64,000 nt of DNA from Octopus sinensis. Lineage: Eukaryota. The stretch spans positions 28,706,001 to 28,770,000 of the forward strand of contig NC_043015.1 of the NCBI RefSeq assembly GCF_006345805.1. Direction: 5' to 3'. Positions 33,456 through 46,190 of the stretch are shown piece after piece (within the stretch, counting starts at the first letter, position 1; the number at the start of each line of letters is the position of its first letter). The notes beneath the pieces are model-generated. The model made no database searches. It was given only the letters and a program-made list of their open reading frames with translations, and was not told where the DNA came from. The position numbers were made by a program, and so were the translations under genes.

Positions 33456-33618
33456 GACAGGCTTCTTTCAGTTTCTGTCTACCAAATCCACTCACAAGGC
33501 ATTGGTCGGCCCGGGGCTATAGCAGAAGACACTTGCCCAAGATGCCACGCAGTGGGACTGAACCCGGAACCATGTGGTTGGTTAGCAAGCTACTTACCAC
33601 ACAGCCACTCCTGCGCCT
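33145..33618 (-). mobile_element. SINE family A
   Basis: Full copy with expanded (CA)n(TA)n. Confidence 0.85.
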
Positions 33619-33770
33619 ATCTATTTATTTACTTATTTATTTCTTTATTTTATTTGTTTCAATTGACTGCGTCTGGTGTTTTCATTAAAATTGACAATAA
33701 AATGACAGCTTAAATAGTCATAATTACAACACCTGTTCAGGTACTTGCCATTTTAACCAATAAAAGGAGG

Positions 33771-33802
<32 letters not shown>

Positions 33803-33941
33803 TAATGTCTATGTTCCTTGCTTACATAGGTTGGATGGATTTGACAAACAAGGAAGTATCAGCCAATATATTCAGTTATAGTTTGACTGAATTCCACATT
33901 ACTTAAAATTTTAGGAATGGAGAACATTTTCACATCTTCAG

Positions 33942-33978
<37 letters not shown>

Positions 33979-34210
33979 AATTATTGTATACAGTGCTCAG
34001 GTGCACCACAACTTGTCAAAAGTGCGTATGCAGTAATGTACAAATGTCTGGAAAGCGGACAGTGTCCTTGCTCACATAGGTTGGATGGATTGAAAAGGAC
34101 CCAATGAGTGAAGGACTGCGTTGTGCTCCAGTGTCTGCTAACTAAATGATTATTTACTCGGAGAATCCGGGTAACATACGAATGTCAATTAGTGACGGTG
34201 ATTGACTTAA

Positions 34211-34431
34211 CCCTTTAGCATTCAAACCCGCCATATCCGGCCAGAATATTTAACCTGTTTTATATAGAAACTGACCAGAGCTTGCTTCTTACCTCAGCCC
34301 TACCATGTCATTCTAAAACTCAAAAAACCACATCACTGCAATCTCTAAACTACAAGATAATACATGATTAATTCAAAACAATATAAATAGATAAACATCA
34401 CATTTGAGAGAATAATCTGAACACTAAAGGG
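34211..34431. mobile_element. piggyBac-type MITE
   Basis: TTAA-CCCTTTAGCATTCA ... TGAACACTAAAGGG-TTAA; truncated relative at 61789-61985. Confidence 0.85.
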
Positions 34432-34814
34432 TTAAAATTGAATCCCCATGAAACAAACGCAAAAATATATGTGATCTTAGGATGCATTTAGCAAGTTTTG
34501 CTCCAGGACACACATTTAGATTAAATTATTTAGTAAGTCTTTATTTGCTGCATCTTGCTTGTGCTATTCTCTCCAGATTACAGCAGATTATCAGGTGTAT
34601 TACTAGCAGAAAATATGTCTCAAAGAAAATCTTTTACATGTAGGACCATTATCATATGGTTCATGGCATCAACTGATAAATAAAAGATTTTCATTGGTGG
34701 ATCTGAAATCATGTGACTTTGTCCTTTTCACACTTAATTACAAGTCAAAGGCATTTAAGATGTGACAATCTTATTCATTTCTTTCAGATGTAGTCTATCT
34801 TATTTCTTTATTGC

Positions 34815-35215
34815 CCAGAAGGGGCTAAACATAGTGGGGACAAACAAGGACAGACAAAGGCATTAAATCAATTACATCGACCCAAGTGCGTAACTGGTAC
34901 TTAATTTATCCACCCTGAAAGGATAAAAGGCAAAATCAACCTTGGTGGAATTTGAACTTGGAACATAGCGACAGGCAAAATACCTATTTCTTTACTACCC
35001 ACAAGGGGCTAAACACAGAGAGGACAAACAAGGACAGACAGACGGATTAATTCGATTATATCGACCTCAGTGCGTAACTGGTACTTATTTAATTGAACCC
35101 GAAAGGATGAAAGGCAAAGTCGACCTCGGCAGAATTTGAACTCAAAACGTCGTGGTTGACAAAAGACTGCTAAGCATTTCGCCCGGCGTGCTAACGATTC
35201 TGCCAGCCCGCTGCC
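34815..35215 (-). mobile_element. SINE family B, dimeric
   Basis: Two tandem bodies ACCCACAAGGGGCTAAACAC...GGATGAAAGGCAAAGTCGACCTCGG followed by head. Confidence 0.8.
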
Positions 35216-35327
35216 TTCCAGATAGATATTAGTTTATCTGGAACACCATTGTTTGGTATATACACTTCGTTTCCTTATGATGGCCTGGGTTAATTTGAAT
35301 GAGATTCACTTCCTAAATTAAAATTCA

Positions 35328-36709
35328 AGGAGTGGCTGTGTGGTACATAGCTTGCTTACCGACCACATGGTTCAGGGTTCAGTCCCACTACGTGGCACCT
35401 TGGGCAAGTGTCTTCTACTATAGCCTCGGGCCGACCAAAGCCTCGTGAGTGGATTTGGTAGACGGAAACTGAAAGTAGCCCATCGTATATATGTATATAT
35501 ATGTGTGTGTATGTGTTTGTGTGTCTGTGTTTGTCCCCCAACATCGCTTGACAACCGATGCTGGTGTGTTTACGTCCCCGTAACTTAGTGGTTCGGCAAA
35601 AGAACCACTGGGGTCGATTTGCTCGACTAAAGGTGGTGCTCCAGCACGGCCACAGTCAAATGACTGAAACAAGGTAAAGAGTAAAAGAGTATCTTTAATG
35701 TTTCCTGAATCTGTTCATTTCTAAGCAGGTTTTTGACAGCGAAATTGGATTCAAACAAAATATCTAATTCAAAGAGATAGGTTTTGAGTTCAATACTTTA
35801 CTAATGCACAACCTTCAAATTTATTACCGAGAAAGATTAATCTTAAGGGATTGAATCACTTGTAAAATCTATGACTCTAGAATACCTTGGAATGTCATTT
35901 GTTTACAGTGGACAAGACAAGGTGCCAGCCATTTCCTAGGGGTCCATTGTTATTTAACATAATACAGAATTTAAAACTGGTCAATGAATCTGATTCCCTT
36001 GACACAAATTAATACTTCTTAAGAATAAAGAAACATAGGCGCAGGAGTGGCTGTGTGGTAAGTAGCTTGCTTACCAGCCACATGGTTCCGGGTTCAGTCC
36101 CACTGCGTGGCACCTTGGGCAAGTGTCTTCTACTATAGCCTCGGGCCGACCAAAGCCTTGTGAGTGGATTTGGTAGACGGAAACTGAAAGAAGCCTGTCG
36201 TATATATGTATATATATGTGTGTGTGCATGTATGTTTGTGTGTCTGTGTTTGTCCCCCTAGCATTGCTTGACAACCGATGCTGGTGTGTTTACGTCCCTG
36301 TCACTTAGCAATTCGGCAAAAGAGACCGATAGAATAAGTACTGGGCTTACAAAAAGAATAAGTCCCGGGGTCGATTTGCTCGACTAAAAGGCGGTGCTCC
36401 AGCATGGCCGCAGTCAAATGACTGAAACAAGTAAAAGAGTAAAAGAGTAAGAGTATAACAGCTGTCGGATTAATGACTCCGTTTTTATGGCTGCAATTGT
36501 GATATATCACTGAATATGCCTCCATGTGCACCTGTTTGTGATACATATACTAATATAAAATAAATTATGTCACAATTAAATAACAAGCTGTTAAAAGAAA
36601 AATAAATTCTCCAACAAACCAACAATCTACTACCTACTGGGAAGAAATAATGTAAAACAATATATATTTGTTTGGTCGTTTAAACACACACATATATATA
36701 TGTATGTTC

Positions 36710-36792
<83 letters not shown>

Positions 36793-37210
36793 ATGTATAT
36801 CCTAACGTGGCCTTGACTGGCTTCCGTGCTGGTGGCACGTAAAAAGCACCAACCAGTCGTGGTCGCTGCCAGACTCCCCTGGCACCCACTACACTGACGG
36901 AGTGGTTGGCGTTTGGAAGGGCATCCAGCTGTAGAAACACAGCCAGATCAGACTGGAGCCTGGCGCAGCCACCTGGCTTCCCTGACCCCAGTCGAACCGT
37001 CCAACCCATGCTAGCATGGAAAGCGGACGTTAAACGATGATGATGATGATAATGATGATGAATTACAAACATACTAACAATTATAAACATCCAATACAAA
37101 GTAACATGACAACTTTATTTCTTTACCTTCTTTTATACTAAAATTTTCAGAAATATACATAGTCATACACCTTTGATGAGTTGTAGTGCACCTGAGCACT
37201 ATGCAGAATT

Positions 37211-37263
<53 letters not shown>

Positions 37264-37469
37264 TGCTGTGTAGTTTAAAATAGTAAAGAACACAGGTGTA
37301 GGAGTGGCTGTGTGGTAAGTAGCTTGCTTACCAACCACATGGTTCAGGGTTCAGTCCCACAGCGTGGCACCTTGGGCAAGTGTCTTCTACTATAGCCTCG
37401 GGCCGACCAAAGCCTTGTGAGTGGATTCGGTAGACGGAAACTGAAAGAAGCCCGTCGTATATATGTATG

Positions 37470-37522
<53 letters not shown>

Positions 37523-37730
37523 GTATGTGTGTCTCTGTTTGTCCCCCCAATATCGCTTGACAACCGATGCTGGTGTGTTTACGTCTCCGTAACATAGCGG
37601 TTCGGCAAAAGAGACCGCTTACAAAAGAATAAGTCCCGGGGTCGATTTGCTCGACTATAAAAGGCGGTGCTCCAGCATGACCACAGTCAAATGACTGAAA
37701 CAAGTAAAAGAGAGTAAAAGAGAGAGAGAG
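35328..37730 (+). mobile_element. Cluster of SINE A copies (35328-35692, 36037-36452, 37297-37730) and SINE C (36815-37060)
   Basis: Family-diagnostic heads and tails at each position. Confidence 0.8.
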
Positions 37731-38157
37731 AGTAACACAGCGTAACTGAGGAAATTACGGATGCATGCAGGGGAGACAACTGTATTGGATTACGTAAAGG
37801 TCAATAACTACTAAATGTTTGGATGACGAGGTGGGGGTATTATTTTCGAATTTGCCTTTCATCCTTTCGGGGTCGATAAATTAAGTACCAGTTACGCACT
37901 GGGATCGATGTATTCGACTTAATACCTATGTCTGTCCTTGTTTGTCGTCTCTGTGTTTAGTCCCTTGTGGGTAGTAAAGAAATAAGTATTTCGTCTGCTG
38001 TTACGTTCTGAGTTCAAATTCCGCCGAGGTCGACTTTGCCTCTCATCCTTTCGGGGTCGATAAATTAAGTACCAGTTCCGCACTGGGGTCGATGTAATCG
38101 ACTTAATACCTATGTCTGTCCTTGTTTGTCCCCTCTATGTTTAGCCCCTTGTGGGTA

Positions 38158-38876
38158 ATAAAGAAATAGGTATTATTTGGAAACAGTTTAAACTAGATGT
38201 TTCTCGGGAAAAGTGTTCAGATCAGATATCAGAATGGCTGATATTAAAATTAGATTATAATAATACATGATAAACGAGAGAAGTAGTTTGCGATACTGCA
38301 GAAAAAAGAAAATAGGAGTGGCTGTGTGGTAAGTAGCTTGTTTACCAGCCACATGGTTCCGGGTTCAGTCCCACTGCGTGGCACGTTGAGCAAATGTCTT
38401 CTACTATAGCCTCGGGCCGACCAAAGCCTTGTGAGTGGATTTGGTAGACGGAAACTGAAAGAAGCCTGTCGTATATATATATATATTGGTAGACGGAAAC
38501 TGAAAGAAGCCTGTCGTATATATGTATATATATATATGCATATATATATATATATATATATACGACAGGCTTCTTTCAGTTTCCGTCTACCAAATCCACT
38601 CACAAGGCTTTGGTCGGCCCGAGGCTATAGTAGAAGACATTTGCTCAACGTGCCACGCAGTGGGACTGAACCCGGAACCATGTGGCTGGTAAACAAGCTA
38701 CTTACCACACAGCCACTCCTATTTTCTTTTTTCTGCAGTACCGCAAACTACTTCTCTCGTTTATCATGTATTATTATAATCTAATTTTAATATCAGCCAT
38801 TCTGATATCTGATCTGAACACTTTTCCCGAGAAACATCTAGTTTAAACTGTTTCCAAATAATACCTATTTCTTTAT
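38158..38876. repeat. 719-bp near-perfect palindrome centred on a (TA)n tract
   Basis: Arms of ~325 bp, one mismatch noticed; mirror ORFs 38250-38603(-) and 38431-38784(+) differ by one residue. Confidence 0.95.
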
Positions 38877-38879
38877 ATA

Positions 38880-38956
<77 letters not shown>

Positions 38957-38962
38957 ATATAT

Positions 38963-39459
38963 ACTAGCAGTATCGCCCGGCGTTGCTCGGGTTTGTAAGG
39001 GAAATAACTATATAAGCATTTTTAGAGAGTTACTTCCTTTATAGATGCCAATTCGGGCTTTCTTAGCCATTTCTGTTTTGGTGTCTTCAAGCCATGAAAT
39101 CATTGTTCTAAAAGAACGCTGGTCTCCTTCACAACGCATTACGACGTTGATTTCTTTACACTCCCTTCCCCACAGCTTCACGAGGGAGGGAAGGGGGTGA
39201 AGCAAACAGGTGCAGCTGTGAGCGTGGACGCCAACTCCGCCGCCATCGACACACGATGCATTTTATGCATTAAAATGGAATAAAAAATGATGTTAAATTA
39301 TTTTTAAAATCGTAGACTCACCGTTGACGCGCGCTAATAGTCAGACGGGCTCGATATGAATCACGACTATAAGATACCCGAATTTGGTTAAACTGCACCG
39401 CAAAATGTGGGAGTAGTTAGGAATCTAAATCGAAGGAGACAGACACTCACACAACTAGA

Positions 39460-39470
<11 letters not shown>
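38963..39470 (-). mobile_element. Non-autonomous Helitron-like element inserted in (TA)n
   Basis: Reverse complement of the 40334 family; minus-strand 3' end CCCGAGCAACGCCGGG...CTAGT. Confidence 0.75.
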
Positions 39471-39542
<72 letters not shown>

Positions 39543-39543
39543 A

Positions 39544-39591
<48 letters not shown>

Positions 39592-40333
39592 TGTGCGTGT
39601 CTGTGTTTGTCCCCCTAGCATTGCTTGACAACCGATGCTGGTGTGTTTATGTCCCCGTTACTTAGCGGTTCGACAAAAGAGACCGATAGAATAAGTACTG
39701 GGCTTACAAAAGACTAAGTCCCGGGTCGAGTTGCTCGATTAAAGGTCACCAACTTAGGCGCAGAAGTGGCTGTGTGGTTAGTAGCTTGTTTACCAACCAC
39801 ATGGTTCCGGGTTTAGTCCCACTGCGTGACATCTTGGGCAAGTGTCTTCTGCTATAGCTCTGGGCCGACCAAAGCCTTGTGAGTGGATTTGGTAGACGGA
39901 AACTGAAAGAAGCCTGTCGTATATATGTATATATATATGCGTGTGTGTGTTTGTGTGTCTGTGTTTGTCCCCTTAGCCATTGCTTGACAACCGATGCTGG
40001 TGTGTTTATGTCCCCCGTTACTTTGCGGTTCGGCAAAAGAGACCGATAGAATAAGTACTGGGCTTACAAAAGAATAAGTCCCGGGGTCGAGTTGCTTGAC
40101 TAGAGGCGTTGCTCCAGCATGGCCGCAGTCAAATGACTGAAACAAGTAAAAGAGAAAGAGGAAGAGATATGATTGTGCAGGACAGAGAAACTGTTTTGGT
40201 TGTACATAATAAACCTTTTGGATCTAGTCTGTTTGGCTGCCAGCATCAATTCTGTTCGAATTGATTTCATATTCAGTGCAATGATACACTTTTATATGAT
40301 AATTAACGACGTGAAAGTAATTTTCGCTATAAA

Positions 40334-41136
40334 TCTATATATATAAAACTGTAGTTGTGTGAGTGTCTGTCCCCTTCGATTTAGATTCCTAACTACTCCC
40401 ACATTTTGCGGTGCAGTTTAACCAAATTCGGGTATCTTATAGTCGTGATTCATATCGAGCCCGTCTGAGTATTAGCGCGCGTCTACGATGAGTCTACGAT
40501 TTAAAAAATAATTTAACATCATTTTTTATTCCATTTTAATGCATAATTTTTCGTGTGTCGATGGCGGCGGAGTTGGCGTCCATGGTCGCACCTGCACCTG
40601 TTTTTCTTCTTCCCTTCTTCCCTCCCTCGTGAAGCTGTGGGGAAGGGAGTGTAAGGAAATCAACGTCGTAAAGCGTTGTCAAGGAGACCAGCGTTCTTTT
40701 AGAACAACGACTTCATGGCTTGAAGACACCAAAACAGAAATGGCTAAGAAAGTAAGGTTGTGTGTCTGTCTCCTACGATTTAGATTCCTAACTACTCCCA
40801 CATTTTGCAGTATAGTTTAACCAAAACTGGGTATCTTATAGTCGTGATTCATATCGAGCCCTTCTGGATATTAGTTCGCGTCTACGATGAGTCTACGATT
40901 TAAAAAATAATTTACCATCATTTGTTTCCATTTTAATGCATTTTTTCGCTATTATATAAGGGAAGTAACTCTCTAAAAATGTCTACGATGAGTCAACGAT
41001 TTAAAAAAAAATTTACCATCATATTTTTTCCATTTTTAATGCATTTTTTTGCTATTTTTTTGGCTATAACTCTCTAAAAAATGCTTTATAGTTATTTCCC
41101 TTACAAACCCGAGCAACGCCGGGCGATACTGCTAGT
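40334..41136 (+). mobile_element. Non-autonomous Helitron-like element with internal duplication
   Basis: A/TC...CTAG/T termini with subterminal hairpin CCCGAGCAACGCCGGG. Confidence 0.8.
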
Positions 41137-41377
41137 CAATAAATAAAAAGTTATTAGCACTTAAAGTTTGAAAATTTTGATAATTTTAGCCAATCGTAAG
41201 CCACAGACACGTTCATGCCTATTTCAATAGTAAGAAGCGGAACAAATATACCAAGATGATACTAGAGGCATAAATAGATTTATTTTCTTTTTTTATTTCT
41301 TTTTTATTTTTGGTTAAATGGAATGTTTCAAATTTCAGGTTAAAGTTATCTCCCCTCACTGATCAAAAAATTGCATT

Positions 41378-41782
41378 GGATCTTTTCGGTTTGACCGGCA
41401 GTTTTTTCTAGCGGTGTCATATGAAATTGTCACCCATAATTATGACCCTAGTATCGATCTATTGCATTTCAATCTATTTTAGGGTTAGGGTTAGGGGTGG
41501 GGGGAAGGGTATCTTTTTTTCGTCAGAAATGTGAATAAACCCAATTTGTTTCTTAAACGAGGGACATTCATACGACACAGACTGTTTTTTAACTCAATAG
41601 ACGTCACTGATTGGTTGAAATTGAAGAAAAAACAAAAAATATCTTACAAACTATAGAATTTTCTCAATAACGCTAAGAGAAAAAGATGTTTTATAAACAC
41701 ATTCTACCAGAATACGATGTTTAAAAGTGTTTAGTTACGTGGAAATTATTTTTAAAAACTGCCGTTCAAACCGAAAAGATCC
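41378..41782. mobile_element. MITE with ~28-bp TIRs, ATT duplication, internal (TTAGGG)3
   Basis: GGATCTTTTCGGTTTGACCGGCAGTTTTT ... AAAAACTGCCGTTCAAACCGAAAAGATCC; related left TIRs at ~13540 and ~21189. Confidence 0.8.
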
Positions 41783-42741
41783 ATTATTTCTAGTCTAAGG
41801 TTAAATTAATCATGTATAAAATATATTACTCTTTTACTTGTTTCAGTCATTTGACTGCGGCCATGCTGGAGCACCGCCTTTAGTCGAGCAAATCGACCCC
41901 GGGAATTATTCTTTGTAAGCCCAGTACTTATTCTGTCGGTCTCTTTTGCCGAACCGCTAGGATATGGGGATGTAAACACACCAGCATCGGTTGTCAAGCG
42001 ATGCTAGGGGGACAAACACAGACACACATATATATATTTCTTTACTACCCACAAGGGGACAAACAGGGACAGACAAAGGGATTAAGTCGATTACATCGAC
42101 ACCAGTGCGTAACTGGTACTTAATTTATCGACCTCGAAAGGATGAAAGGCAAAGTCGACCTCGGCGGAATTTGAACCCTGAACACTTAACGGCAGACGAA
42201 ATACGGCTACGCATTTCGCCCAGCGTGCTAACGTTTCTGCCAGCTCGCCGCACATACGACAGGCTTCTTTCAGTTTCCGACTACCAAATCCACTCACAAG
42301 CCATGGGACTGAACTCGGAACCATGTGGTTAGTTAGCAAGCTACTTTCCACACCGCCACTCCTGCGCCTTGTGCTAACGTTTCTGCCAGCTCGCCGCATA
42401 TACGACAGGCTTCTTTCAGTTTCCGTCTACCGTCTACCGAAGCTATAGCAGAAGACGCAGTGGGACTGAACCCGGAACCATGTGGTTAGCTAGCAAGCTA
42501 CTTTCCACACAGCCACTCCTGCGCCTAGTATTATAGTAATATTTTTAAATGATATCGTGCGAACTCATATAACATTTTTGTTCTTTTGTTTGTCCTGTGT
42601 CGTCCCATTCTGTATAAGATCGTCCTGATCATAATAAAGATTTAATTTTTATCCAGTTGTCCATCCATAGTTTAAAAAAAAAAAAAAACCTTTCCTCCCA
42701 CCACCTCTTACCAATCCTCGCGATCGAGTTGGTACGTATCT

Positions 42742-42809
42742 ACTTCCGGTCGCAGTACGCAGGTCTGTGGGAATCGTTCTGCTTTGGAGGCTGTTGTCGT
42801 GTTTGGCGC
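42742..42809 (+). promoter_or_regulatory. ETS/GABP (ACTTCCGG 42742-42749) and E2F (TTTGGCGC 42802-42809) motifs at SKP2 5' end
   Basis: Exact consensus matches in a CpG-richer patch before the ATG; a second TTTGGCGC at 42994-43001 in intron 1. Confidence 0.55.
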
Positions 42810-42820
42810 TAAAATCAAAC

Positions 42821-42888
42821 ATGGTTAATGTGAAAGAAAGCAAAAAATCCAAGACTACCGCCCACGAAAAAGAAAATGCACCCAGTAG
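42821..42888 (+). CDS. SKP2: SKP2-like exon 1 (MVNVKESKKSKTTAHEKENAPS-R)
   Basis: ATG in AAAC-ATG-G context; donor AG/GTCGGT gives phase 2, matching exon 2. Confidence 0.65.
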
Positions 42889-43123
42889 GTCGGTATAGAA
42901 ATGTATTCAGTGACATCCAGTGAATGCTTTGAGCATCCTTTCATATTTTTTTTTTCATTAGATCTTCCAGAAAAATTAATCTGGTGTTTGTCTTTTGGCG
43001 CTTCGCTCTCTCATCGTTTTAATGTTATTTTTTTTTTGCTTAGGAATTTTTTGCTGTGTTTGTCATTTTCAGGCATAATTATACATACATTTTGCAAGTG
43101 TGTACCTACACATAGACGTGTAA

Positions 43124-43170
<47 letters not shown>

Positions 43171-43179
43171 TGCACCTTT

Positions 43180-43258
43180 ATAGATGAATAGATATGCAAT
43201 TACCAATATATGTATATGTGTACAGATTATATATATATATATATATACAGAGATGCAT

Positions 43259-43303
<45 letters not shown>

Positions 43304-44014
43304 GTGAGAGAGATCTGAACTGTATTAGCTGTATGTAAAGATATATATATATATACAGAGATGCATTATATATATATATATATATATATATATACGTGAG
43401 AGAGAGATCTGTACTGTATTTATTAGCTGTGTGTAAAATATATATATACAGAGATGCATTATATATATGTATGTATGTATATACGTGAGAGAGAGAGATC
43501 TGAACTGTATTTATTAACTGTGTGTAAAGATATATATATATATACAGAGATGCATTATATATATATATGTATGTGTGTATATATATATAATGGTTGTTTA
43601 CTGTCAACAACCATTATATCGCCCCACCACCGTACATATCTCTATGATTAATTTAGAAATTTAATATTTCTGATATATATATATATACGTGAGAGAGAGA
43701 TCTATCTAAACTGTATTTATCAGCTATGTGTAAAGATATATATATACATAAATGCATTATATATATGTATGTGTGTGCATATATATAATATACTTTGAGA
43801 GAGAGAGAGAGAGAGATCTGAACTGTATTTATCAGCTATGTGTAAAGATATATATATATACGTGAGAGAGAGAGAGATCTGAACTGTATTTATCAGCTGT
43901 GTGTAAAGATATATATATATATATATATACAGAGATGTATTGTATATACGTACATATATATATATATATATACGTGAGAGAGAGATCTGAACTGTATTTA
44001 TCAGCTATGTGTAA

Positions 44015-44051
<37 letters not shown>

Positions 44052-44067
44052 GATGCATTGTATATAC

Positions 44068-44136
<69 letters not shown>

Positions 44137-44344
44137 GATGCATTGTATATACGTATATATATATATATAATATATATATATACGTGAGAGAGAGATCTGA
44201 ACTGTATTTATCAGCTATGTGTAAAGATATATATATATACATACAGAGATGCATTGTATATACGTATATATATATATATACGTATATATATATATATACG
44301 TGAGAGAGAGAGAGATCTGAACTGTATTTATCAGCTGTGTGTAA

Positions 44345-44381
<37 letters not shown>

Positions 44382-44462
44382 GATGCATTGTATATATGTA
44401 TATATATATATATATACGTGAGAGAGAGAGAGATCTGAACTGTATTTATCAGCTGTGTGTGT
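43180..44462. repeat. Compound minisatellite (~10 units) in SKP2 intron 1
   Basis: Repeating AGAGATGCATT-(TA)n-CGT(GA)n-TCTGAACTGTATTTATCAGCT-TGTGTAAAG with variable (TA)n lengths. Confidence 0.9.
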
Positions 44463-45068
44463 AAAGCTGCTTAATGCGTCCTTCCCTGTGCGTAATCAGG
44501 TTAAAAGAAAATGAAAACCATATTACAAATGCAGCGGGAACAAATTAATAGGAGTTTATTAGTATTTTTTATTTCCTTTCCTTATTTTTCACAGTAATTA
44601 GCTAACACAAGGCTTGATTGGATTTGTATGATCCGAATTTCAAAATTAGTATAAATTTGAATATTCCTAGGAGCCACCAGGCATTATAGAATGTCTCTTA
44701 AAATTCTTGACATTTACGATGATACCGAATCTTTATTTAAGAGAAAATTCCCACCCTTTTCTTCATCTGTGCATATCATCGCATTCATCTGTTTGCTTTT
44801 TCGTAATTTTGTTGTCCAAACCTAAGATCAACCTTCATTGAAGAGACCCATTGATTAAAGGCATTCTAGTCGTGACTGCTATCTTTTGAATAAGGATCTG
44901 TTCAGATGATTTGAACAGAAATTGGCTGCTATTTCTTGCGTATCAAGTGACCACATAGCTGTTTCGTTGTCTTTCAAATACCAGATGTCAAGAAGTGGAT
45001 GGACATCTGCCGTGGATTATTAACCTATTGTTATTATTATTATATCAATATTATTTGGAATAAAAAAA

Positions 45069-45915
45069 GCGGCGAGCTTGGCAGAAACGTTAGCACGCCG
45101 GGTGAAATGCGTAGCAGTATTTTGTCTGCCGCTACGTTCTGAGTTCAAATTCCGTACTGGGGTCGATGTAATCGACTTAATCCGTTTGTCTCCTCTGTGT
45201 TTAGCCCCTTGTGGGTAGTAAAGAAATAGGTATTCGTCTGCTGCTACGTTCTGAGTTCAAATTCCGCTGAGGTCGACTTTGCCTTTCATCCTTTCGGGGT
45301 CGATAAATTTAGTACCAGTTACGCACTGGGGTCGACATAATCGACTTAATCCTTTTGTCTCCTCTGTGTTTAGCCCCTTGTGGGTAGTAAAGAAATAGGT
45401 ATTTCGTCTGCCGCTACGTTCTGAGTTCAAATTCCGCCGAAGTCGAATTTGCCTTTCATCCTTTTGGGGGTCTATGAAATAAGTACCAGTTTCGCACTGG
45501 GGTCGATGTAATCAACTTAATCCGTTTGTTTGTCCCCTCTGTGTTTAGCCCCTTGTGGGTAGTAAAGAAATAGGTATTTCATCTGCCGCTACGTTCTGAG
45601 TTCAAATTCCGCCGAGGTCGACTTTGCCTTTCATCCTTTCGGGGTCAATTAAATAAGCACTGGGGTCGATATAATCGACTTAATCCGTTTGTCTGTCCTT
45701 ATTTGTCCCTTCTGTGTTTAGCCCCTTGTGTGTAGTAAAGAAATAAGTATTTCATCTGCTGCTACGTTTTGAGTTCAAATTCCACCGAGGTCGACTTTGC
45801 TTTTTATCCTTCCGGGGTCTATGAAATAAATACCAGTTACGCACTGAGGTCGATGTAATCGACAAGCCCCTTCCCCAAAATTTTCAAGACCTTGTGCCTT
45901 ACCTAGAGTAGAAAT
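45069..45915 (+). mobile_element. SINE family B multimer (one head + 5 tandem ~170-bp bodies) with 22-bp flanking direct repeat
   Basis: Units start at ~45127, 45238, 45407, 45583 and 45754; AATATTATTTGGAATAAAAAAA at 45047-45068 and 45916-45937. Confidence 0.85.
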
Positions 45916-46190
45916 AATATTATTTGGAATAAAAAAATTTTTTTAATTTTTTTTTTTAAATACAGATATAATTTAGAAAGGATCTTGCCATTGAAATTTA
46001 TATTTATACAGGGAAGAGAATAATTAATAAATCCATACTGGTAGTGATATATATTTTTTAAAACCTCTGAATTTAATGTAATTCAATACTGATTATTCCC
46101 GTTGCTGTCCTTATGGATTTTATTGATTTCGTTAGGAATAGTTTTAATAAGTGTTTTAAATGGGACATTTTAAAATATATAATCTACAAA

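Noticed and set aside
41479-41496. Chromosome end or telomere fusion site
   Set aside because: Only three TTAGGG units, internal to a MITE.
43011-44303. IY/YI-rich ORFs (also 26440-26795, 33301-33713, 55555-56200)
   Set aside because: Translations of (TA)n/(CA)n repeats.
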